From: Zygophlyctis sp. KS116
Taxonomy: Eukaryota; Fungi; Chytridiomycota
DNA: 29,400 bases
Assembly: GCA_054661495.1 (NCBI GenBank)
Contig: BAAFSQ010000117.1
Location: forward strand, 1 to 29,400
Reading direction: 5' to 3'
Made by a program: the position numbers and the translations under genes
Notes under the pieces: model-generated
The model's input: the letters and a program-made list of their open reading frames with translations, nothing else
Told to the model about the DNA's origin: nothing
Database searches by the model: none
In this document: piece by piece, positions 13,082 through 22,503 of the stretch
Layout of the letters: each line of letters begins with the position of its first letter
Position numbering within the stretch: position 1 is the stretch's first letter

Positions 13082-14087
13082 TCATAACTTCAATTGTAAA
13101 AATAATAATGAAACCATGAAGATAAAAAGATAAACAATCATCCGTACAGGGTAAAAGATCAAATATCCGAATCCAAGCATTATTCTAGCAAATCCTCTAA
13201 AAAATTCTATTGGATGTCTGATTGCAGATATAATATTGTCTGGAAAGTTACTAAAAAAGTATTTTAAATCATCAATAATCATTGTCCTTGCCCACTTCAT
13301 ATCATCAGGAAAACTTAGTATAGAGTTTGCCATATGTGTTACGGCTGATAGTCCGACTGTTTTTTTTCTCAATTCTTCTATTATATCATCATCCACTAAT
13401 GAATCTGATATTTCAAGGTAACTTATGATGAGCTTTTTCTTGAAATCTCTAGTCTGTTGTGACATTTGAGACATATCTTTAGGAAATCTAATTATTAATA
13501 TAAATTTTAAGGTACACTTTCATCAGCTCAATAAAGTTTTTTTCCAATTCTTTCTTCTTTTCAATAGGTAATTCCTGTCCATCTGTATGTTCAATCTTGA
13601 ATAGTCCATAATGATCACTGATAAAATGATTATTATGAATATGCCGAAATTCTTCACGGTCACCCAAATCCCTTAAAATATCCAAAAAGTTTGATTCGCT
13701 TTTGTAATATTCACTCCAATCATACTTTTTGTAGAATCCTGCATTCAAATATCTATTATAAAGTAATCGCAAGTCATCATCCATCAATACATTGTAAGCT
13801 TCATTCAACTGCTGAAACATTTGATTTGCATTTATATCTTTATTTTTATCTGGATGTAAACTAGATATTAGATCAGATGAAACTTACCGTAGTGACATCT
13901 TCTTATAATTCCTTTTAATGGCATTCAGGTCAATCTGATCTTTACTAATCTTGAATAATCCATAGAAATCCCTCCTTAAATGTTCCTGAGTAATATGTGC
14001 AGTCGCTTCCTTATTTAATGGTAATGCATTGACCGATCGCAAACATAATGCAATCATAAGAATGCTATACAGAGTGAATTTCATCAT
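13082..14087 (-). CDS. Secretory-pathway J-domain protein (signal peptide, J domain with HPD, C-terminal transmembrane region)
   Basis: Hydrophobic N-terminus. DFYGLFKI...IKRNYKKMSLR|LHPDKN...FQQLNEAYNVL...R..Y. Introns 13861-13887 and 13488-13515. Hydrophobic C-terminus. Confidence 0.85.
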
Positions 14088-14275
14088 TTTTGTCTGCAGA
14101 TTTTACCGGAGCAGCGAATTTTACTGAGTTCGCACCCGTTCACTTTTAATTATTCTTGGCCATCATTGATTATTGGGTCATACATTACTCTTGACAATTA
14201 TTCTTGTCAATCGGTTCAATCCATTCTTGTTTAAAAATACTCTTAAAGTGATATGAACTCTTTTACGCTAGAGGA

Positions 14276-15019
14276 TTAAACAAATCCAATTATTAATAAA
14301 AATAATCTAATAATTACTGCAAATGGCATCATTAATAGACTTAAAAGACCACAAACCAAGGCTACAAAAAGATAAAATAAAAGAATAGCGAATCTAGAGA
14401 CTTTCCTAAAAGATCGGACAGGATGCATAATCGTCCACTTTGCATTATTTGGGAAATTAAACATAAAGTTTACCCATTCTTCCTTAACTTGATTATAAAA
14501 ATTTAAGAGAAGATTCCATGCTTTATCTTGGCTTGATAATTCTTTCAGAGTAGTTTCAACCTCTTCCGATATATTTAACTGATCTTTAAAGGATTTTGAG
14601 AGTTTATATTCTTCCCATGTCATAATATGATAAGCATCTGAAATACGATAGTTATAATAAATAGAACTTTGATGATTGTCGATTAATGTTGCATAAGCCG
14701 CTTCTATTTTTTGACATGTTTCTACAATTTCTGCGTCTATAGATTGATCTGAATGAAAACTAATTTTTAAACTTAATATGAGTTACAAGGCCTTTAGCGA
14801 TTGATATTCTCTTCCTAGAGCTTCAAGATCAACATTTGCTTCAGGTCTAATCTTGAATAGACTATAAAAGTCTTTGGTTAGATGATCGCCGATGATGATG
14901 TGGGTTTTATCATTTACTGTTGTTGAAGCGATTGATCCTAGATACAATGCATTCAAGAGTGACATGAAAATCAATAGATTCATTACAAAGGAAAATTTAA
15001 AATTCAATGCAAGCGCCAT
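14276..15019 (-). CDS. Tandem paralogous J-like protein (HSD instead of HPD), signal sequence and C-terminal TM
   Basis: DFYSLFKI...REYQSLKAF|FHSDQ...QKIEAAYATL. Intron 14760-14786 is at the same codon and phase as in the neighbour. Shares the NFP.N....HP...FR C-terminal motif. Confidence 0.8.
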
Positions 15020-15054
15020 TTTCACTGATGGATAGATTTGGTTGGTTGGAATTA

Positions 15055-15100
15055 TATGATATTACAGTTATAATCCGTATGATATTACAGTTATAATCCG
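15055..15100. repeat. Perfect 23-bp tandem duplication TATGATATTACAGTTATAATCCG x2
   Basis: Copies at 15055-15077 and 15078-15100, in the divergent intergenic region. Confidence 0.95.
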
Positions 15101-15179
15101 TTGAGTCTAGTCAGTAGCCGTTTTATAATGTTTCAAATGACTGGCCTTTGGTGGCGTAAGTCTTTGAATTTATTTAGAA

Positions 15180-16189
15180 ATGAATATTTGGAAGAATGCA
15201 AGTGATGCAACAAAAAAATCAGTATATGTTATGCTTATAATATGTGGAATCATCATCATTGTTGTGCCGACTGTTTGGTTACAAAATACTAAAAAGGCAG
15301 AAAGCCGGATGAATGGATCTACTCTAAATGCTAGTAATGCTCCAGATACTCTAATTATTGATATTAAATTATCAACAGTTGATACTGATGATTATTCGTA
15401 CACTTTATTAATGAATTTAAAGCCTTCTGGAAATTTAATGAATCAAAAAGGTAATCTAACAAGGTTTAATGGAGCAATTGATCTTTCTATTAAAGGAGAG
15501 AGATTTTCTCTATTTAGAGATTCACCAACATCTGCGATTCATTTCAAGTCAAATTTTGCTTCAGGAACATCTAATAGTTTTCCGTTTGATGCTTATATAG
15601 ATGAATTTGATATATCAGGAACTTTAATGAATGAATCTAATTCTCAAGCGGTCAAATTTATCAATGTTGTTGCTGCTTACACTGGAAGTTTTGATAGTTT
15701 TGATACTGAAGTTTCTGCTGATTCATTTCAGACAAAATCAACTGTAAGACTAAGGATTAAGAGAACAGGTACTACGCAATTTTTTTCTGTGAGTGTAGTG
15801 ATTTTAATGTGGGCTCTTTCATTAACAATTTTAACTTTGGCTGTCACTATTTGGGTTCGTAAGCGAATCGTAGAGCCTCCGGTAATTTTTAAATAAGTTT
15901 TTCTAATATACAGACGATCGCAGTTGCTGCAGGACTCTTGTTTGCAATACCACAATTAAGAAACGTTCAACCAGGAATACCATCAATTGGATGTGCATCT
16001 GATACAGTCGGATTCTTTTGGAATATGGCTTTGATTGCGGTTGCTCTTTTATTGCTAATGTGGAATTATATTATCTACAAGAAAGAAAACTCGGACACTT
16101 TTGACCTTCCCAATAGAAAAAATACCGCTTGGACCACTAAAACTTCTGGACTTACAGCATTAACCATGCCTTATTCACGAAAACCCTGA
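15180..16189 (+). CDS. DUF4436-family membrane protein
   Basis: N-terminal TM, FPFDAY motif, C-terminal TMs with LFAIPQLRNVQPGIPSIG..D. Intron 15882-15913. Confidence 0.8.
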
Positions 16190-16287
16190 TGACTTGGGGA
16201 TCTATAATTCATCAAATATCTACAATAACACCTGGAAAGCATTTTCTTTTAATAATATATTTTATATCATAGAATATAACGAATTCT

Positions 16288-18462
16288 TTAAATAGTTAAC
16301 GCTGCAAGAGAGCAATCTAATGTATCTAATTGAGTATCTAATTTCCATTTATGTAAATAAGTGCCTTCTAATGGCAGAAAATTCGAGATCTAGTATTATA
16401 AAGTTTTAACTTACCTCAATCTTGCACGAATCGAATTGAGACGAAATATCTACTTGTTCTTCTTTAGACATTGGGCAAAACGAACAAAATCCAGATATTT
16501 TAGATCCTGCCACATTTTCATCATTGCATCCAATCAAAAGCTGTAGCTCACCAGACATGCAAAGACCTTGTAATTTCTCAAAAAGCTGATAAGCCAAAAA
16601 TAAGAAAAATTCAGGATCAAAAGAAGCATAATCAGTATGCTTTAGCTGATGTGATGCATAAAGCAAGTAGTTCAAAATAGCCGCCAAATGTTGTTGAGTT
16701 TTTCTGCAGTTTTTCAAAGACGTATTTCCAAGAAAGTAATTTCTTAAAAACTTGATAATTTTCCTCCAGTCTACTCCATTAGTCAGTCAATTTACCAGTC
16801 ATATCATCCTCTTCCTTTGAAAAACTTGAAATTTCCTCATCTTCCCATCTTCTTTGTGATTCTGATATTTCCTTCTTTGTCGACATGGTAGTATCAGAGT
16901 TATTTTTACGAATTAATGCCGAAAATGCTTTAATCCAATTCGGCATAAACGTTTCACAAGCAGAAACTAAATCTGCTGTAGTGGGCGACTTCATCATCGA
17001 CAACCACTTATAATTCCGCTCATTACATGCAATTATAGCTGCATTTTTCCAATTATCTACAGTCAATACACCTTTTTCAATCTCCCTGATTCTAAATTCA
17101 TCATAAAAATACCGAAATCCCTTGACTTTTAAATTTTGTAATTCATGTGCAATCTCTAAACATGACATTGATTTAAATAACCACAAATGCATCGCCATTG
17201 TATAAGGAACATCCTCTGAAAGTAAAGAATCTACTTGCTGTCTTGAAACTCCAAATGGTAGTTTCCTTTTAAACTTTTTTGATAAATAGTTTCTGAAAAT
17301 ATCCAGTAATATTTTCATAAAAGCCTCACCAATTGAACACCCATACTGAGAAACTGTTAATAGTTTATGAGATTTTAAAGATCCTTGTAAAACACTAAAA
17401 CACGATTCCAAAAGTCTTCCTGAATCCAATTCAACCAAATCAATTCTTTCCTTTACAACCCCCTTAGAATGCCCATTTATAGTAGAAATTTCTGTAAAGT
17501 TTTGTAAACCCAGTAATATCTGACTTTTATATTCCAATTCTAAACCTGCCAGAATCATTAGAGAAACATACTGAGAAACTATTGAATAACTTGATAAATT
17601 ATCCTTTATAAATCTTGTCGTAGTATCTACTACAATCCTTTCAATATTATCATTTTGATAAATTTTAAACTTATTATTTGCTTCTATTAGTATTAATCTG
17701 AGTATCCATCTTAAAGCTCCCGTCTGATCCAATTTAGTAACATTAAAATGCACTTTAGTACATTTTAATAGCCCACAATTACTCTTTATACACCTATATT
17801 TCGAATCATCCTTTAGTATATTAGAAAAAACCAATAAATAGTAATTTGTAGCCGAGAAATATGTACAATAATCCAATTTAATAAAAATCCAAGGATTAAA
17901 TCCGAATCCTGATTCATGACACTTTGCAAAAGACCATTCTCTAATCGTTGCAATAATTTTAAAAACATCTAAATCCTGATTAAATCTTGACCGTGAAATC
18001 CTTTCAAACTGATCTCTAGCAAACGATGGCAAAACCACTATTTTTCATAAATTTAATTAAAATACATTTTCTCCTTACAGCCGGCCTATAAAACAAGAAT
18101 GACAATAGTATAGGAACATTATCCTCTGATAAGCCATCCCTAGTATTATTTTTAGACTTGAATTTTCTTGAAACCATAAAGTCTGAAATCTTTTGTAGCC
18201 CCCAACAATTTACTTTTTTCAGTTTCTCCGGACTATACAATACCCATTTTAAAACCAATGAATGATTTTCATCCCCCAACTTGAATAGCGGATCTATAAT
18301 TTGTGAATTTTTCGACTGTTTTGGGTTTGTCCGAGAGTTTGCAGTTGGATAATTTGGATTAAATGTACAATTTGATTGACCGCCTTGTACAAAAGAGTGT
18401 GCATTACCAGCCAAACAACTTTCCAGATTAATATCATTCAAAATGGGATAAGAAATCGTCAT
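16288..18462 (-). CDS. Hypothetical ~698-aa protein, 4 exons
   Basis: Introns 18038-18065, 16771-16795 and 16390-16414 join the three listed ORFs and a final exon in frame. No recognised domain. Confidence 0.72.
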
Positions 18463-18532
18463 TTTATCTACTTTTAGCGCCAATTTTATTAAAATTAAAC
18501 GGTTTTAGAGCAACGCCAAGTCGTAGGTTGGT

Positions 18533-18844
18533 ATGTTTTCTTTCAAACTATTCAATGGTCCAGCCAAACTCATTTCTTTGACTCCAGAGGAAATCAAGGT
18601 TGAGAAAATCATAAAAAAGACTTTTAAACCAACCAAAAGTCAATTAGAATCTGTGGTTGTCACCGCTCAAGATCTTAAAGATCAAGCTGATTGGTGGGTA
18701 ACTCCAGAAAAATGGAATAAAAGAATACTACATCTATCTTGTGATTTTATTGATGTAAAACAAATATCTAGAAAATCTAGAAAATCAAGGAGAAATCTTA
18801 GAAGTAGGAGAACTGTTAGATCAAGAAGGCCTAAAAGAATTTAA
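18533..18844 (+). CDS. Small hypothetical protein with Arg/Ser-rich basic tail
   Basis: 103-aa ATG-started ORF divergent from the previous gene. C-terminus SRKSRKSRRNLRSRRTVRSRRPKRI. Confidence 0.45.
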   Translation: MFSFKLFNGPAKLISLTPEEIKVEKIIKKTFKPTKSQLESVVVTAQDLKDQADWWVTPEKWNKRILHLSCDFIDVKQISRKSRKSRRNLRSRRTVRSRRPKRI

Positions 18845-18934
18845 ACTTGCTACAGTATGTACATGTCAGCACCCAGGATAAGAAATAATTTTTTTAGTCT
18901 ACCATAACCGTATGTTTACATTGAGATTTGATAT

Positions 18935-19114
18935 ATTGAGTTTGAGGGAAGAGGTTGAATTAAATCTTTCTTAGAAATGGTATTTTCTAAAACACAAAGA
19001 AAATTCAACGATTTGATTGAAAAAAGCAAACAGTATCTTCTAAGAACTGACCGCTGGGGGTGCGTCACAGTTATCAAAAAGAGAAAAGCGCATCACACTT
19101 AAACCTGGCATGAG
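18935..19114 (+). pseudogene. Degenerate fragment of the trypsin-like protease gene (copy of 21730-21932)
   Basis: Near-identical to 21730-21932, with a 21-bp deletion removing VTFAHGE (the catalytic His), a 2-bp frameshift, then truncation. Confidence 0.9.
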
Positions 19115-19369
19115 TTATGGATTATTTTATATTGTAAAGATCAATGAAATGAACAAATCTTTCTTATTGCTCTGTAACTCTATGGAAATTCAGTCATTTC
19201 TTGTTCTAGATTTCTCTAAAACTATTAGTTGTAGATTTATATTTCGATCAAGTGAATGAATACAACACTGATACTTATTAGACAATCTGATCCGATACAA
19301 TCATTAATGCATCGATTCAAAAGACCTCGAGCGCCTCTCCACGATTTCAATCCACCCCCATTTGTTTAC

Positions 19370-19375
19370 TATAAA
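19370..19375 (+). promoter_or_regulatory. Candidate TATA box of the LRR gene
   Basis: TATAAA about 45 bp upstream of ATG 19419. Confidence 0.45.
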
Positions 19376-19418
19376 TGGGGCAACTGATGCACTTTACTCT
19401 TTCAAAAAAATAAAACAA

Positions 19419-20793
19419 ATGTTTGACAACAAGATCTTCTTGACATTGACTCTTACTGCATTGATCGCTGGAGTGGAGTCTCAGGCTAATTGCACTTCAA
19501 CATCTCCTCAATGCTGCTGGGTTGTCCGATCATGGCAACTGATGGGGATGACTACTACTGTTTCTTCTACTAGTAGCACTGCTTGTTGCTCAATGGCTGG
19601 TGTGACTTGTGATTCTTCTAACAAAGTTATTAAGATTGTCTGGAGTTCTAAAGGTCTCTCAGGTTCAACGATTTTTAGCAACCAGCTCTCAGGTTCGATC
19701 CCTGGTGAAATTGGAAATTTAAGAAATTTGCAAATTCTGTAATTATTTTCTAAATTTAAATGAAAGTTGTCTTTCCTTCAATCAACTCTCAGGTTCAATT
19801 CCTGCTTCAATTGCAAATTTGATAAATTTGACTACGCTGTAATTATTTTTTAAATTTAAAATTCAAGTGATCTAAACACTAACCAACTCTCAGGTTCAAT
19901 TCCTGCCTCGATTGGAAATTTAAGAAATTTGCAAATTCTGTAATTATTTTCTAAATTTAAATGAAAGTTATCTTTTTCTAAACCAGCTCTCAGGTTCAAT
20001 TCCTGCCTCGATTGGAAATTTGATAAATTTGCAAGAACTGTAATTATTTTCTAAATTTAAATTGAAGTGCTCTTTCTAACAATCAACTCTCAGGTTCAAT
20101 TCCTCCAGCGATTGGAAATTTGACAAATTTGACTACGCTGTAATTATTTTCTAAATTTAAAATTAAAGTGGTCTTTTCAACAATCCATCATTAAATGGAC
20201 CTTTTACTGCAAAATGTGGACTGCCAGTGTAATAATTTTTATTTATAATGGTAAGATATGCTAGCAATACTAGAATTACTATTTGTGGTTGTGTATCCAC
20301 TGTAACTCCTGCTGTTCTTTTCCCTCCTGCAGGAATCCCCCTTGCTTGTCTTTCTACTGGATCTGCTACACCATTAACTAAAAGAGCTCAAGTATTCTCT
20401 CAAAACATTGGAGATTGGAAATTCACTTGCAATACTGATTCAAACAATAATGCATTAGGCAATCCATACCAGGATTGTTTGAATGCTCAACGTGCATTTT
20501 GTGACCCAACATACATTTCAGGAAATTCAACTCGTATAACTGCCTGCAAGAATGCTGTTGACACCATGACTAGAAGTTTATCACCAGTTTGGCAGACTGT
20601 TCGCAAAAACTGTGGCCAATGGTCTTTTGATGGTCTTATTGGCTCAGTGAATTCTCAAAACTGCATCAACGCAAACAATGCTTTAAAGTCTGCCTTCTAT
20701 ATCCTCCCAGATGGTACTAGACAATATGTCGATGATCCATTTATTGGCTCTGTGAATGTAGGTCTTTGGGGAAATACAGCTGTGATAGCGTAA
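19419..20793 (+). CDS. Secreted plant-type LRR protein (~401 aa): signal peptide, Cys-rich N-cap, LRR array, KR site, 6-Cys C-terminal domain
   Basis: Exons 19419-19738, 19767-19838, 19868-19939, 19968-20039, 20068-20139, 20169-20228 and 20256-20793 splice in frame. LRR consensus LxLxxNQLSGSIPxxIGNLxNLxxL. Confidence 0.9.
19680..20168 (+). repeat. Tandem array of ~100-bp units (72-nt LRR exon + 28/29-nt intron), about 5 copies
   Basis: The intron GTAATTATTTT(C/T)TAAATTTAAA...AAG recurs at 19739, 19839, 19940, 20040 and 20140. Confidence 0.97.
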
Positions 20794-20820
20794 ATGCAAA
20801 TCATTTCATCGTAAATCATT

Positions 20821-20942
20821 ACAAAAAACTCTAAAAAACATCAAAAAAACTATAAAACTCTAAAAAACAACAAAAAAACTATAAACTCAAAGAAACTACA
20901 AAAAAACTATAAAATCCCAAAAGAAAACAAAAAAACGTAAAC
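20821..20942 (+). repeat. A-rich minisatellite (~28-29-bp unit, CAAAAAAACTATAAA...) downstream of the LRR gene
   Basis: CAAAAAAAC units start at 20842, 20871, 20899 and 20928. Almost no G on the + strand. Confidence 0.8.
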
Positions 20943-21771
20943 GAATGAAACACGATCTCTTATCTATCTTAGAACTGATATCTCATGAAAAACTAAAAAT
21001 AAAATGGTTTATGAATAAAAATCTCTCACTTGCTCGTCGAAATCCCGGTGTTGAGTTCTCAAGTCAAAGTAATCTATCCATGACGATTTGTCACTGATAA
21101 TGATCCGTAAAATCATGTGTCATAACACAAATTCTTTCATTCGATATGTTTCTGTGCTGAGGGAGAGTAAGAAGAAATGTTTTTATATTATTTAATATTG
21201 AATTTCTCAAAAAAGTAGTTCTCAATAAATAAATTATTGACAAGTATTGTTTTATAATAGATTTGAATCCGGATCAGGAATATGGCTGTAAGATTTATGG
21301 TTTTGACAAAATCGTGCATTTGAAGAAATCACACTAGTATGATAAAAAAATCATTGGCTGTATTTGAATGGTTTTTATTCCCTATTGACACCATTAACGT
21401 TCAGAGCATGTTGGTTTAGTTCCGGGATATTTACCAACTAAAATCTCAAACCGTTTTTGCTCATTACGTTTAAATTTAAATAGAATACTTTCAATGTCAG
21501 TAAGCTTATTATTGTCAATTCTGCGCTTGAGTTGGATGCGATTGGGAATTGTCATAGCATACAGCACAAATAGAGAATAGACTTAATTTATTTTTCTTAA
21601 ACTAGATGACGTTTAAGATCGGACAATTCACCACTGTCTAAGTGCTCATTTGAAGCCTTGTAGACTTAAAGTACTCTTTACATTCATCATCTGAGATTCA
21701 AGGTGAAAAACTGTCACTACCACAAGAAGATTGAGTTTGAGGGAAGAGGTTGAATTAAATCTTTCTTATAA

Positions 21772-22398
21772 ATGGTATTTTTTAAAGCACAAAGAAAACT
21801 CGATGATTTGATTGCAAAGAGCAAACAGTATCTTCTAAGAACTGACCGCTGGGGGTGCGTCACCGTTATCAAAAAGAGAAGAGCCGTTACTTTTGCCCAC
21901 GGAGAGCATCAGTCTCTTAAACCTGGGATGAGCATCAAAATCTACCACATTGAAGGAAATATAGAATATGATGTTGAAGTGATCAAGACAAATGCCAAAA
22001 GTGACTGGGTTCTGTTGGAAAGTGGTGTTGATTTGTGCGAGCGTGATCCAATATGGGGACCTGTTGCTGACGGTCATTGCTATGTTCAACTAGGACTCTT
22101 TGTACCTCATCAGGAAGAGTCTCCGCTTGCCATTTCAACTGGAGTCGTTTGCTCACAGCGTCCGACTGCACTGGGCCATACTCTTGGGTCTTCTGGAGCA
22201 AATACTGGTGATTCTGGTGGTCCTTGTTTTGAAGAGTCAATAACAAGTGAATTAATTGGAATCAATGTTGGCTGCGAGAACATTCCTATCAGTATGGAAA
22301 AGGATACTGTGGCTCAGATAAATGACAAAATCTCTTCTAGATATGCTTCTAGAGCTCATATTATCCCTGTCAGTAGTTTTCAGTTTATTGAAAGATAA
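21772..22398 (+). CDS. Trypsin-like serine protease domain (Crinkler-associated type), probably 5'-truncated
   Basis: Catalytic triad motifs TFAH, SDWVLL and GDSGGP. No signal peptide. Its start (RKLDDLIAKSK) matches the segment following the Crinkler header at the window end. Confidence 0.82.
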   Translation: MVFFKAQRKLDDLIAKSKQYLLRTDRWGCVTVIKKRRAVTFAHGEHQSLKPGMSIKIYHIEGNIEYDVEVIKTNAKSDWVLLESGVDLCERDPIWGPVADGHCYVQLGLFVPHQEESPLAISTGVVCSQRPTALGHTLGSSGANTGDSGGPCFEESITSELIGINVGCENIPISMEKDTVAQINDKISSRYASRAHIIPVSSFQFIER

Positions 22399-22503
22399 TT
22401 AATCATAAAAGTGTATAAGAAACTCTATTGATAACATCAAGTTATTAAAAGATCAATAGAATACTTTGAGTGAGGGGAGGGTGTTTGTCTTGGTAAAATA
22501 GAA

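Noticed and set aside
16288-18483. Frameshifted pseudogene or mobile-element ORF
   Set aside because: Three 25-28-nt GT-AG introns restore one frame. No transposase or RT motifs or terminal repeats were seen.
19362-19418. Longer N-terminus of the LRR protein in the ORF track
   Set aside because: It starts at a non-ATG codon and spans the TATA box. ATG 19419 directly precedes the signal peptide.
19739-20168. CRISPR-like array (28-29-bp repeats at regular spacing)
   Set aside because: The repeats are GT-AG introns and the 72-nt spacers are homologous LRR exons. The context is eukaryotic and there are no cas genes.
18935-21932. LTR retrotransposon with the direct repeats as LTRs
   Set aside because: The repeats are protease coding fragments without TG...CA ends, a primer-binding site or internal gag/pol.
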